Positions 41,471-51,752 of a stretch of 64,000 bases of DNA are shown one piece after another. Location of the stretch: positions 256,001-320,000 of the forward strand of contig CAVYES010000004.1 of the NCBI GenBank assembly GCA_963767735.1, in the 5' to 3' direction. The stretch's first letter is position 1. Each line of letters starts with the position of its first letter. The position numbers were made by a program, and so were the translations under genes. This DNA comes from Candidatus Bathyarchaeota archaeon. GTDB lineage: Archaea; Thermoproteota; Bathyarchaeia; Bathyarchaeales; Bathycorpusculaceae. Under the pieces are notes generated by a model. The model was not told the origin of the DNA. It did no database searches and worked only from the letters and a program-made list of their open reading frames with translations.

Positions 41471-42574
41471 TCACCTAAGCTTTGCTAACTCACTTATTAT
41501 TTTTTCTTTAACGCCGTTTTCTTTCAAGGAATCTTTAAGATAGTTTACAGTTTTTACGGGCGTCGGGTCTACTCCGTGCAGAAATGCCAAATAGACGCTT
41601 GTGAAGTCGCCGATGCAAATTGTTGTCAGCATCTTTGCCAATGGACTTTTACCCTGAGCAGATACTTCAAACGTTGCCACGCCAGCTTTGCCCACCAACT
41701 CTTTTGTTATCGCAATTCTACTGCGAATCGCCGTGGGCTCCTCTTTGTCTCTGATGAAGATTGCCGAGAAGCATTTGCCGAGGTCACCAGCCCGCTCCCA
41801 ACCCACCACCTCGTTATGGTTAAGCTCCGAGAAAACCTCCCATTTAGCAGGAACCTTGGTGTTCTCATTAAACTGCTGCTTAAAACGCTCCGCTACACCG
41901 CGGTAAAAACCAAAACCGTAAATCACGGGCGAAGTCTTCCCAATGTTTAGGGCTAAGGTTTTGGCAAAGTTTTCTTTCGCTGGCTTCTCAGGTGAGTTAT
42001 CCTTGCTAACTTTTTCAAGAAGGGGCAGAGCTTCAGAGAGTTCTTCAGAGGCGTCTGAAACCAACCCCCTTTTCTCAATGCCCAAAAGCAGGGGAACAAA
42101 CAAATAGGGAAGTGCCGCTCGAGGAGGCATACCGCTTGGAATTTGTAAATAGGGCACCTTGAGTCTTTCAGAGTTCTCCAGCAGGGCGCCGCCGCTGCTT
42201 ACGCAGAAAATCATGCATTTGCGCTTCAAAGCGTCAAGAAAAGCGCCTAGAGATTCTTCTGTGTCGCCTGAATAGCTTGTTATGAACACTAAGCTTTTTT
42301 TGCCTGCATATTTTGGCAGGTCGTATTCGCGGTTAACTTCAATGGGCACAGCTGTTTTGTTTCTTGCCCAGTCCTTGAGGAGGTCTCCGCCGATTGCTGA
42401 GCCACCCATTCCCGATACAATAATGTTGTCTGGTTTAGGAAAGGCTACTTTGATTTTTTCAGCTAATTTTGCCGCTTCAAGGTAACGCTTAGCGGAATCA
42501 ACACTAAAATTAATCATGTTGCTCTTATCAATTGCTTTAAAGTTCTCAAATCCGTCTAAAATGGGTCCATTCAT
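41471..42574 (-). CDS. Bifunctional phosphoglucose/phosphomannose isomerase
   Basis: GMGGSAIGG, SYSGDTEE, PRAA, QFNENTK and ELNHNE motifs. Confidence 0.93.
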   Translation of the reverse strand: MNGPILDGFENFKAIDKSNMINFSVDSAKRYLEAAKLAEKIKVAFPKPDNIIVSGMGGSAIGGDLLKDWARNKTAVPIEVNREYDLPKYAGKKSLVFITSYSGDTEESLGAFLDALKRKCMIFCVSSGGALLENSERLKVPYLQIPSGMPPRAALPYLFVPLLLGIEKRGLVSDASEELSEALPLLEKVSKDNSPEKPAKENFAKTLALNIGKTSPVIYGFGFYRGVAERFKQQFNENTKVPAKWEVFSELNHNEVVGWERAGDLGKCFSAIFIRDKEEPTAIRSRIAITKELVGKAGVATFEVSAQGKSPLAKMLTTICIGDFTSVYLAFLHGVDPTPVKTVNYLKDSLKENGVKEKIISELAKLR

Positions 42575-42673
42575 TTATAATCCTCCGATAACCCGCAATT
42601 TTATATCTCGTCTCCCACTTTTAAGCTCAGCGACAAACGCAACGTTTAACCAAGCGACTGGAAGCATAAAGTC

Positions 42674-43520
42674 ATGGATAAAAAGAAACTTGCAATCGCC
42701 ATTCCGGCATCAGTAATCTCCGACACGCCGCATTTGCGAGAAAAAACAGCGAAGATCGGCTTGATCGGACGAACGGCCGCTATTTTCAGAGTCGACGAAA
42801 TCATAGTTTACCAAGACAACCCCAAAGCCAGGCAGGAAAGCGACTGGATTTTATTGCATTACTGCTTAATTACTGGAAACGCCTCAGTATCTTCGCAAAA
42901 GCCTCTTCAAACTTGAACCCAGCCTGCAATTTGCTGGGATTTTGCCTCCGTTGCGTACGCCTCATCACCCGTTGAGCGGTAAAACTCGGGATTTAAAAGT
43001 TGGCGAGTACCGAGAAGGAATAGTTTTGTCGAAGGCTAAGGAAGGTTTGCTTGTGGACATAGGTGTAGAGCAACCTGCGGTTTTGAGGGAAACGCAGTAT
43101 GCCATAGGCGACCGCTTAACCCTGCAAATTGTTAACGTTGGCGGACGAGTTGAGGTTCAAACAGCAAATCGCGACGATATTCCGGTATATTGGGGCTACA
43201 GAGTTCGAGTGGAAAAGCGGCCGTTTGCACAGTTTGTAACCGATGACGAGTTCGATTTGACCATTGCAACGGCAAAACTTGGCGATAAATTCATTGATGT
43301 TGCAGGTAAAATTCAGAAAAAATGGAGTAACGCCCAGCATATTTTAGTTGCGTTTGGTGCGCCACAGCGTGGTTTGCATGAGATTGCCAAAGAGGAAGGC
43401 GCAAAGCTTGAGGCAATGGTGGATTTTACAGTAAATATGGTTCCTGATCAGGGAACGGCGACGGTTCGAACTGAAGAGGCGCTTTTGGCTACGCTGGCAA
43501 TTTTCAACGTTTATTTTTAG
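42674..43520 (+). CDS. SPOUT RNA methyltransferase (DUF171/SPOUT1-like), frameshifted near 42850
   Basis: IAIPAS..AAIFRVDEIIVY, then PPLRTPHH..VAFGAP..PDQGTATVRTEEA. Confidence 0.88.
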
Positions 43521-43693
43521 TTATGCGGTTCTAATTTGTCGCTGAAAAAGGCTAGCTAAATGTAGACCATCTTTCTCGACACTAACGCAAAAAGCAGGCT
43601 ATGCACTGCGAGTTACTGTATCGCTGTATAAGTTGAGGCTTTCTTCCATTTTTGGCTAAATGCATAAATGAGTCGCTGATTATTTTGCTCTCT

Positions 43694-44854
43694 ATGCCCA
43701 CTCTTGACATTGCAATGCCACTCGCATTGTTCGCTGTAGTTATCGTTGCCTTGCTTTTGAACAAGCGCACTGAAGGAAAATTGATGTCAACGGTTGAGGA
43801 AAAAGAGTTCAAAATGAGAGACGTAGTTATCCTTGTTGTCTTCATGGCAATAATTATTACGGGATTAGCCTTCGCTGCAATGTATAATCCCGGCGGACTT
43901 TTTGAAGACGTGATACTTCTATTCTTTTTGTCATCATACACTACGCTGCTTTTCACTATTTCATATGTATTCAGCGGAATCACAAAAATCAGGGCTCAGC
44001 TCATCTCCATCGGTTTTGGCGCTGCATCAATAGTTGCAGGAGTCGTCTGCGCATTAGCTCCATTTCATGATGCCTTCACAATCTTTAGAGTTGTAGCATT
44101 CATAGGGTTGGCCGCCTTCTGCTTTGGCGTAGCTGTTTACGAGCAGATAAAGACATCGCTTAAACAACGTTGGTACGTGGCTGTGCAACCACCTGCAATA
44201 TTTGTTCTGCTATTTGTCTTCTTTAACTTCATAAATAACTCAGGGACTGCAGCAGTGTGGTCTCCTTACCTCATGGATGTTTTCGGCTTGACTTTTGCTG
44301 TTTTGATTATTTTGTATCTTAGCTCGCTGTTTAACTGGAAGACAGTGGGGCTCTTTGCTGTTCTTTTGACGTCAATGGACATTATTTTGGTTATAGGTTC
44401 AACGGCAATGCTAACTGCTGCAAATTCGTTCACCGGCTTGGGGCTTCCTGTACTGGTTATCTTGCCGAACACTCCTATCGTTACAGCAATCAATCCTGCT
44501 ACAAATATCAGTGGCATTGTGTATAGAGGGCTTGGTTTAGGCGACTTCTTCTTTGCAGGAGTATTGGCAGTGCAAACATACAAAAAGTTCGGAATGAAAA
44601 CAGCTATTATTGCTACAGTTGCGATGGCTGTATCTTTCGGCATCTGGGAAGCATTTCTGCAGGATATCATCAATGCCCTTACACCCATTCTTGGAAGAAA
44701 CATAGGAGGATGGCCCGCAACCACATGTATGCTAACGGGTTGGGCGCCAGTTGTAGCCTGGAAATTACTTAGTGACAGAAGAAAAGCAGCCAAAATGCCT
44801 GTTGTCCAGCAACCGTCTGAAGTACCCAAAGAGCAAAACTTACCAATTCAATAA
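43694..44854 (+). CDS. Presenilin/signal-peptide-peptidase-like GxGD intramembrane aspartyl protease
   Basis: TM Asp in SMDIILV, LGLGDFFF, and PAT in place of PAL. Confidence 0.8.
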   Translation: MPTLDIAMPLALFAVVIVALLLNKRTEGKLMSTVEEKEFKMRDVVILVVFMAIIITGLAFAAMYNPGGLFEDVILLFFLSSYTTLLFTISYVFSGITKIRAQLISIGFGAASIVAGVVCALAPFHDAFTIFRVVAFIGLAAFCFGVAVYEQIKTSLKQRWYVAVQPPAIFVLLFVFFNFINNSGTAAVWSPYLMDVFGLTFAVLIILYLSSLFNWKTVGLFAVLLTSMDIILVIGSTAMLTAANSFTGLGLPVLVILPNTPIVTAINPATNISGIVYRGLGLGDFFFAGVLAVQTYKKFGMKTAIIATVAMAVSFGIWEAFLQDIINALTPILGRNIGGWPATTCMLTGWAPVVAWKLLSDRRKAAKMPVVQQPSEVPKEQNLPIQ

Positions 44855-44939
44855 ACGGGTTCTTAGCGTTTAACTTCTAGATAATGTGAATAAATATTTT
44901 TTGGGAAAAAATTGGTTAAAAATAAGAGAGAGGCTTATT

Positions 44940-45263
44940 TTACCCGAATAGGGCGCCTAATCCTTCTAGTGCTGCTTCTTCTTTGGCTTTTTCTTCTTCA
45001 GCTTTCTTCTTCTTGTCTTCTGGAGCTGCGGCTGCTGGCTTTGCTTCTGCGCCTGCTGGAGCTGCAACTGGCGCGGCGGCCATCATTGTTGGTGCGGCTT
45101 TGATTGCTTCATCAATGTTTACTTCGCTGAGTGAAGCAACAAGTGCTTTTACTTGTATCGGGTCAACTGTGATTCCTGCTGCTGTGAGAACCTTTGTTAC
45201 TGAATCTTCGTCTATTTCTTTTCCTGCCTTATGAAGGAGCATCGCTGCGTAAATATTTTCCAT
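44940..45263 (-). CDS. rpl12: 50S ribosomal stalk protein aP1 (L12)
   Basis: MENIYAAMLLH..EEAALEGLGALFG. Confidence 0.97.
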   Translation of the reverse strand: MENIYAAMLLHKAGKEIDEDSVTKVLTAAGITVDPIQVKALVASLSEVNIDEAIKAAPTMMAAAPVAAPAGAEAKPAAAAPEDKKKKAEEEKAKEEAALEGLGALFG

Positions 45264-45538
45264 ACCTTTTCACCTCTTCATCGAACTATTTTAACTTTTC
45301 AGTCGGTCAGACCAGCCTCTTTTTTGTGAAGCTAAGTCGTTACCTTGAATTGGCAGTTGGTTCCGCCATTTCTTGCCGTTTACAAGAATGCCTAAGTGTT
45401 TAAGAACCTTTCGCACATGGGCTTAACGTAGGTAGCTTCAACTTTTGGTTTCAAGTTATGTTTCCAAAAACCGTGGGGTTTCATAACGCTTATCTTTAAG
45501 GCACGGCACAATACGGTGATTTACAGGTTAATGATACT

Positions 45539-46510
45539 ATGGGAAACATAACTGTCGCCCTCCTCGGCGCTTTAGATTACGGCAACAGCCTTGGCAAAAA
45601 AGGCACCTCCACAGACATAACATTCTACAACATAAAAAAAGGCGAAGCCACAGTAACCCTCATTGAACCAACACGGTACCCCGAAAGGCTAGCGCCGCTG
45701 TTCTACGCTGTCTCTTTGTCGAAAAAGGCAATAGTTGTCGTTGATGAAATAAACGCGTCTTTCGGCGAATGCCTAGTAATGCTCCAATGCGCAAACATCC
45801 AAAGCGGCTACATAATCCTAAGAAACTACATTCCTAAAGAAAAAATCGCGCCGCTTCTAAAAGGCACAAGTCTCGAAAAATTTGAATTTATCGCGGATGA
45901 CCCTACATATCTAAGAGAACAGCTCTTAGCTGAAGCGGAGAAACAAAAATCTCCCGAAGCCTCTGCGGGACAGCCCTCGACTGGAACAGTGCCGGTAGAT
46001 CACGCTTTTAACGTTAAAGGCGTAGGCGTTGTCATCTTGGGAGTAGTTACAAACGGCGTAGTCCAGAAGCATGCCACGCTAAATGTTTTGCCGGGAGGAA
46101 AATCGGCGCAGGTTCGCTCCATCCAAAAGCACGATGACGAATTCGACGTGGCAGGTGAAGGCGACCGCGTTGGGTTGGCGTTAAAAAACGTTGAAGTTGA
46201 AGAGTTAGACCGTGGGTCGGTTTTAACAAATGACCCCTCAATCAAGACTGCATCTAAGTTGGAAACGCCGGCTTCTCTGGTGAAGTATTGGCAGACGCCG
46301 ATAAAGCAGGGCATGGTCATGCATATTGGCCACTGGACACAGTTCATCACCGCCAAAGTGGATGCTGTCGCAGAAACAAGTGACCCGAAAAAGCCAACCT
46401 TAACCTTAACGCTGGATAAACCGCTTGTCTACCGCCCAAACGATAAAGGGGTGTTGATGTATTTGGAGGGCGCAAAGCTTCGAGTCGCAGGAACCGTGGA
46501 GCTGCCTTAA
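45539..46510 (+). CDS. SelB-like/EF-Tu-like protein with a degenerate G domain
   Basis: Domain II VDHAFNVKGVGVVILG..VRSIQKHD..GDRVGLALK; LGKKGTSTDIT; no canonical P-loop. Confidence 0.8.
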   Translation: MGNITVALLGALDYGNSLGKKGTSTDITFYNIKKGEATVTLIEPTRYPERLAPLFYAVSLSKKAIVVVDEINASFGECLVMLQCANIQSGYIILRNYIPKEKIAPLLKGTSLEKFEFIADDPTYLREQLLAEAEKQKSPEASAGQPSTGTVPVDHAFNVKGVGVVILGVVTNGVVQKHATLNVLPGGKSAQVRSIQKHDDEFDVAGEGDRVGLALKNVEVEELDRGSVLTNDPSIKTASKLETPASLVKYWQTPIKQGMVMHIGHWTQFITAKVDAVAETSDPKKPTLTLTLDKPLVYRPNDKGVLMYLEGAKLRVAGTVELP

Positions 46511-46600
46511 TTTAGCTATCTTTTTTGCAATTATCACGCCAAATCTGAACAGCTTGTTTTGGGTTGCTTTTTTGAATCAAAGCTTAAATCTTTAACAGAT

Positions 46601-46670
46601 AGTGTGTTTATTTGTGGCAATTTGAGCCTATTTGTGCCAAATTGTGCCATTTTGTGTCGAATTGTGTCTG
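46601..46670. repeat. Seven tandem 10-mers between a TATA box and the start codon
   Basis: agtgtgttta tttgtggcaa tttgagccta tttgtgccaa attgtgccat tttgtgtcga attgtgtctg. Confidence 0.8.
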
Positions 46671-46698
46671 GATCGTAAGTGAAGGATATGGAGTTAGG

Positions 46699-46977
46699 AT
46701 GCCGTTAAGTAGAAAAGTTAATTTTAAAACCACTTTAAAAAGAAGGAATCTCTTGCAGGTTCCAAATGTAATTATATGGGAATTCAAAATGGAGAAAGGC
46801 GAAGCCCTAAAAGTAACCGTAAACGTAGTTGGTTTATTCTCAAACACGGAAAGCTATTGGACTAAAATGAGGAAAGACGGACGCATAACAGTGCCTAAGC
46901 TGATTATAGCTTTGTTGAAGCATGAAGAGCCAAGTCTCGAAGGATACGCTATGGAAGTTACCCTTGAACCAGCATAA
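46699..46977 (+). CDS. Tandem AbrB/MazE-like (swapped-hairpin) DNA-binding protein
   Basis: RRNLLQVPNVI and KDGRITVPKLI repeats; GGAG upstream of ATG 46699. Confidence 0.7.
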   Translation: MPLSRKVNFKTTLKRRNLLQVPNVIIWEFKMEKGEALKVTVNVVGLFSNTESYWTKMRKDGRITVPKLIIALLKHEEPSLEGYAMEVTLEPA

Positions 46978-47348
46978 CACGTACCAATCAATCGCTGGGT
47001 AAAGAGCCCCAAAAACGGAAAAAGTTTCGCCTAACTTGAGCGTTGTCTTCGGATTAACTGTTATTGGCGTTATCTCTATTGTTAAAGGCAGCGAAGAACT
47101 GATAGATGGCAACCTTACTGATGCAGTAATATGCATTGTTGACGGCATCAATTCTGTCAAGCAGAATGCTCCGCAAGTAGCATAAGAAGCAAAAACTGCA
47201 ACAAGAACTCAGAATTTTCTTTTTCTTTCTTTTTTTGTTTAATAGTTTTAGATATCTATTTTTCGGCATTTAATTTATGGTTTAGGGGAAACTGTTTACC
47301 GGGTGTGTTTAACGAGCCTCGCGCTTATGTTAGGTTTTAACTTAAATA

Positions 47349-47618
47349 TCAAAGAAGCTTTGAGAAGTCATCGTACACTTTTTTTCTGTGACCGACAAAA
47401 AGCACTGTTACTTGGTTTTGCTCCACATTTATTTCGTAGATAGCTCGGTAGTCGCCTGATCTTAGGCTCCAATAATCAGAAGGATGTAAGGGTTTTCCCG
47501 CTTTAAACGGATCCGCCTCAAGCTCCCCAAGCGCCTTTTTCAATCTCGCCTTCTCTACTTCTTCGAGTTTTCTTAGAGCTTTCGCCGCATTTGGATGCAA
47601 CAAAACCTTGAAAAACAA
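47349..47618 (-). CDS. RelE/ParE-family toxin
   Basis: FKVLLHPNAAKALRKL..WSLRSGDYRAIY..FVGHRKKVY. Confidence 0.9.
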   Translation of the reverse strand: MFFKVLLHPNAAKALRKLEEVEKARLKKALGELEADPFKAGKPLHPSDYWSLRSGDYRAIYEINVEQNQVTVLFVGHRKKVYDDFSKLL

Positions 47619-47623
47619 AAACC

Positions 47624-47860
47624 TTAAGCTTCCCCTAAAGGAATCAGCTTTTCAGGATGCGCCTTAGCTTCTTCGCTGCGCTTGTGTAATAACTCATAAA
47701 ACTGACGGGTTTTCTCGCGCTCCTCATAGAGGCTTATGATAGTTTTTATGGCGTCACTGCGGCTTTTGAACCGACCCTCAGCAACCCAGCAATCAATTTC
47801 TGCAATCATCTTCTCAGATAATCTTAGCTGAACTTGAGCCATCCAAACCACTGTAAACAA
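47624..47860 (-). CDS. Ribbon-helix-helix antitoxin
   Basis: VQLRLSEKMIAEID..GRFKSRSDAIK; directly upstream of the toxin. Confidence 0.85.
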   Translation of the reverse strand: MFTVVWMAQVQLRLSEKMIAEIDCWVAEGRFKSRSDAIKTIISLYEEREKTRQFYELLHKRSEEAKAHPEKLIPLGEA

Positions 47861-48140
47861 TACTGTTTACAATAACACTTAAATATTTTCCCCGTGAAAT
47901 CAGAAAAACCATTACGCCCACTTGAGGAAAAATCGTTGCCCAAGAAACAATCCAACAGCCTCTTGATAAATCTTAGAAAGCTACGATGAAAAAACTGGAT
48001 TATCTGACAGATGGAAATCCTAAATGGAATAAAGATGACGAAAAAACAATCAAACAGCGCGCTTTGCATAGACGTAGGAAAATGTGTCTGCAGAAATAAG
48101 ATTAGGGAAGCTTAGGGTTTACTGTTCTTGTGAAGCTTTG

Positions 48141-48911
48141 TCATGAAATTGTGCTGTTGCCGGGTGGTGCATAAACGTATGCATTAATGTTTTGACCTGA
48201 AATTGTGCTATTACCTGCGGGTGCATAAACGTATAAACTGCCTGCGTAGTAGGTGCCGCCAAATTCAATGTCGCCGATTCCCTGATTGAAGCTTACGGTT
48301 ACGTTGTAAGTATGCTCGTTTTGAAGAGTTATGGAGTAATCGCTTGCACTATTGTCTATGGAGATAAACGGAAAAGTTACAGTGTAAATTGCCTTTGTTT
48401 GTGCATCTTGGAACTGAACTGAATCGAGATACCCATCAGGATATACTAGGTACACCTCTAATCTTCCTGATACCTCAACGTTAGCACTTAGCACCGACAC
48501 AATGCAAGATGCATTTTCTACTGCTTCACCCCTTGATGCGGTAACAGTCAAAGAGTAATTACCCGTTGGAGTCGAATCTGGTACATGCACTGTTAGAACA
48601 CTCATAAAGTTAGATGCGCCCGTTGCAGGTTCAAAACTGCATCCTAAACCACTATCACCCGTGTCACCGCTTAAGGTAACATTCTCAAGATTTCCTTTTG
48701 AAGTCACATCAACTTCTGCTTGCAAATTGTTTCCTTGTATTACATTTGTTTGATTAAAAGAAACACGAAGATCAAGTGATGTAGACGTTTGCTTTTCTAC
48801 TGATGGTTGATAATAGAATATAATCACCGCTACAGACGAAATAACCAGCACGGCTATTACTATGACAGCAATGGTCATATTCTCTTGTTTCTTGGTTGAG
48901 GTTTGAGCCAA
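48141..48911 (-). CDS. N-anchored surface protein with Ig-like domains
   Basis: N-terminal TM, TPTGNYSLTVTA, duplicated C-terminal YVYAPxGNSTIS. Confidence 0.75.
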   Translation of the reverse strand: MAQTSTKKQENMTIAVIVIAVLVISSVAVIIFYYQPSVEKQTSTSLDLRVSFNQTNVIQGNNLQAEVDVTSKGNLENVTLSGDTGDSGLGCSFEPATGASNFMSVLTVHVPDSTPTGNYSLTVTASRGEAVENASCIVSVLSANVEVSGRLEVYLVYPDGYLDSVQFQDAQTKAIYTVTFPFISIDNSASDYSITLQNEHTYNVTVSFNQGIGDIEFGGTYYAGSLYVYAPAGNSTISGQNINAYVYAPPGNSTIS

Positions 48912-48951
48912 ATAGCATCAATTCTCTTAACTGTTTAATTTTATTTGGCGA

Positions 48952-49608
48952 TTATGGCGTATTTGTCCACACGGGCGTTATAGTCCAATTAGAAACAACT
49001 CCCTCGTGAAAAATAGCTATTTCAAAGTTAGCTGTCTGCCCTACATCTAAACTTCCAAGTTGCAACGAACCAATGGTGCCAAGGTGCAACGCAGCAAATT
49101 CACCTTCCGAAATGGTCGAGCGAGGATTGCCTAAAATTAAAGCGTCAGTTGCACTATCTGTTCCAAAAATTCCGTTAGCCAAAGGAACAGTCATGTTTAT
49201 TTCCAATGTACCATCGGTGGCATAAGCAACAACATGAAATCCTGCGCTGAATGCTGTGACGTGTCCTGAATTGGTTACTGAACCATTAATGCATAGATTA
49301 TCATATGGAATATTAACGGCTAAAGTGGGGAACATTTGTACTAGAGGTGCATTATTCGGCTCTTCAGTTACGGAAAATGAGGTAATAAGGTTCGCAGATG
49401 TTAAATTTGTTATTTGGCTAGTAAGGTTTGAAATTTGGCTGTTTAAGCTTGCTATTTCAGCGGTTAGATTGGTTATGTCATTGTTTAGCGAAGATATTTT
49501 AGAATTTTCACTGCTTACTACACTGTTGTAATAAAATATCGTTCCAGCAATTGCACTTACAAAGAGTATAGCTATCAAAACTGATACGGCTATTATCTTT
49601 TTGTTCAT
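48952..49608 (-). CDS. MNKKII-family membrane-anchored coiled-coil/FxLYD-like protein, copy 1
   Basis: TM, coiled coil, GSVTNSG..AGFHVVAY..INMTVP..NWTITPVWTNTP. Confidence 0.8.
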   Translation of the reverse strand: MNKKIIAVSVLIAILFVSAIAGTIFYYNSVVSSENSKISSLNNDITNLTAEIASLNSQISNLTSQITNLTSANLITSFSVTEEPNNAPLVQMFPTLAVNIPYDNLCINGSVTNSGHVTAFSAGFHVVAYATDGTLEINMTVPLANGIFGTDSATDALILGNPRSTISEGEFAALHLGTIGSLQLGSLDVGQTANFEIAIFHEGVVSNWTITPVWTNTP

Positions 49609-51047
49609 TCAATCACTACATTTCTATTTACGCTATTTACGCTATTTCTCTTTCTTGCAAATACAATTGACAGCAGTATTGCTGATGTAAAAAGTGGCAG
49701 AATTATCCATGTTGGAAATTCTGGAACAGAGGGGGAAGGTGTGCCACTGAACCCTGAAACAGAAGGGGAAGGTACAGTGTTTTGGCTGGTGCCGATGGCG
49801 TAGACTTTTCCGTCGTTTGAGCCCACGTAAACCACACCGTATGCCACGGCGGGAGAAGAATACACTGGTCCGCCTGTTCTGTATGTCCAAATCGTTGCAC
49901 CCGTAGTGACGTTCAAAGCGTAGATGCTATGCCCTTCCGTTGCTCCTAGCGGAGAGGAAGAATTGTCGGAGCCGACGAAGACTACGCCGCTAGCAACTGC
50001 TGGAGAAGAATACTGAATTGAACCCACCGAATTGTTCCAGAGCAACGATCCCGATTCTGCGTTTAAGGCGGTGACTCCTGGAGGTTGGAGAGTGCCTTTT
50101 GTTCCGCCCCAGCTTGTAGACGCATAAATCGCGCCGTTGGCAACGGCAATCGTCGAAGAGGAAACTGCTCCTTTAATATTGCCACTCCAAACGAACAAGC
50201 CGGTGGAAGCGTTCCAAGCCTCAACTGTCTGATTAGTAGTGCCTATGTAAACTAAGCCGTCACTGATTGAAAGAGAAGAATACCCAAAATAAATTACGCT
50301 TCCACCATAGGAAGTGGGTCCGTTGCTTACGACAAAGTAGCTCCAAGATGGTTCTCCCGTGGCTGCATCCAAAGCTACGACTTCTTGACTGGTTCCAATG
50401 TAAACCATGCCGCCGAAAATGGTAGGGGAAGACGGCATATAGGCATTACCAGGAGCATATTTCCAAACAAGGTTACCCGTTGACGCATTCAAAGCGTCAA
50501 GTTCGCCGCCCACGCCATTATTGTCTATATCAACGTAGACTAAGCCGTTTGCAACGGCTGTAGAGGAGATTTCGTCGGGATAAACAGAATCGGTTGGGCT
50601 ACTCCAGATCAATGCACCAGTGTAAGCGTTTAAAGCAAAGATTGCATGACTGTGAAATCCACCAACATAAACTACGCCGTCAACTACAGCTGGCGAAGAC
50701 TGCACAGGTCCACCCGTAGAATAATTCCATATTAAAGCCCCATTCGCAGCGTTCAATGCGTACACGCAGCCGTCGTCTGAGCCAACATAAACTATGCCGT
50801 TTACGACTGCAGGAGAAGACTCAACTGCGCCTCCCGTGGTAAATGTCCAGAGGGTCTGGTTAGTCATGGGTACGGTGGAAGTTGAGTAGCCAGTGTGTGC
50901 TAAGTCATGGTTAAACATTGGCCAGTCTCCAGTTGTACCGCCTTGAGCCTCGCCGAAATGCATACTACCCACAAGAGCCGCCCAGCTAAGTATTATAGCT
51001 ATTAAGAATATACTCAAGAAGGTCTTCGATAACGCCATAGTAGTCAA
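49605..51047 (-). CDS. PQQ-like beta-propeller surface protein with PEF-CTERM
   Basis: DWPMF..HTG, SSPAV..VYVGSxDG repeats, VPEFP-TM-RKR. Confidence 0.9.
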   Translation of the reverse strand: MTTMALSKTFLSIFLIAIILSWAALVGSMHFGEAQGGTTGDWPMFNHDLAHTGYSTSTVPMTNQTLWTFTTGGAVESSPAVVNGIVYVGSDDGCVYALNAANGALIWNYSTGGPVQSSPAVVDGVVYVGGFHSHAIFALNAYTGALIWSSPTDSVYPDEISSTAVANGLVYVDIDNNGVGGELDALNASTGNLVWKYAPGNAYMPSSPTIFGGMVYIGTSQEVVALDAATGEPSWSYFVVSNGPTSYGGSVIYFGYSSLSISDGLVYIGTTNQTVEAWNASTGLFVWSGNIKGAVSSSTIAVANGAIYASTSWGGTKGTLQPPGVTALNAESGSLLWNNSVGSIQYSSPAVASGVVFVGSDNSSSPLGATEGHSIYALNVTTGATIWTYRTGGPVYSSPAVAYGVVYVGSNDGKVYAIGTSQNTVPSPSVSGFSGTPSPSVPEFPTWIILPLFTSAILLSIVFARKRNSVNSVNRNVVIE

Positions 51048-51208
51048 TTAATAATGCCGCGCATGCTCTTAAGAGCGTTTTTGTAAAAATTTATTGTCAA
51101 AAGATTTCTTGACTAATGTTTAGCTTATTCCGCACTGTGCAGATTTGAGACTTACCCTCAAGGAAACTTTAAGAAAAAGAATGAATAATGTTCTTGGCTC
51201 TATGTTGA

Positions 51209-51748
51209 TTACGGAGTGTTTGTCCACACTGGTGTTACAGTCCAATTGGTTACAGTGCCTTCGTGATAAATAGCTATAGCGATTGATACATTCTGCTCGC
51301 TGTATAAATTTCCAAGTTGTAACAAGCTTGTTTGATAAATACTTGAAACATAAGCGTTAGTTGCAGCATCGGTTCCAAAGGTAGCATCATAATCCATAGG
51401 AACAGTCATGTTTATCTCTACTTTGCCAATGGCATCATAAGCTACAACATGTAATCCTGCGTTATATGCTGTGCTTTGTCCAGTATTAGCAACTGATCCA
51501 GTAATGTAAAGATTATTAAATTTTGTAGGATTGCCCTTATTTCCAGAATTATTAGGTATAACTTCCGCAATTCCTAAGGCGGTTGTAAGATTTGCAGTTG
51601 TCAGCTTTTTCAATTGAGCTTTAAGGTTTGAAATTTGGCTGTTTAAATTGGATACTTTGTTATTATAGTAAAATATCGTTCCAGCAATCGCACTCACAAA
51701 GAGTATAGCCACTATCAAGAATGAAACAGCTATTATTTTTTTGTTCAT
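51209..51748 (-). CDS. MNKKII-family protein, copy 2
   Basis: Same N- and C-termini as copy 1 with a variable middle. Confidence 0.8.
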   Translation of the reverse strand: MNKKIIAVSFLIVAILFVSAIAGTIFYYNNKVSNLNSQISNLKAQLKKLTTANLTTALGIAEVIPNNSGNKGNPTKFNNLYITGSVANTGQSTAYNAGLHVVAYDAIGKVEINMTVPMDYDATFGTDAATNAYVSSIYQTSLLQLGNLYSEQNVSIAIAIYHEGTVTNWTVTPVWTNTP

Positions 51749-51752
51749 TCAA

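Noticed and set aside
45539-46510. Selenocysteine decoding system
   Set aside because: The protein lacks the SelB G-domain motifs and C-terminal extension; no tRNA-Sec, selD or in-frame TGA selenoprotein was seen
46601-46670. Short tandem repeats here and at 13671-13710 as a possible CRISPR array
   Set aside because: 10-bp units with no unique spacers, and no cas genes in the window
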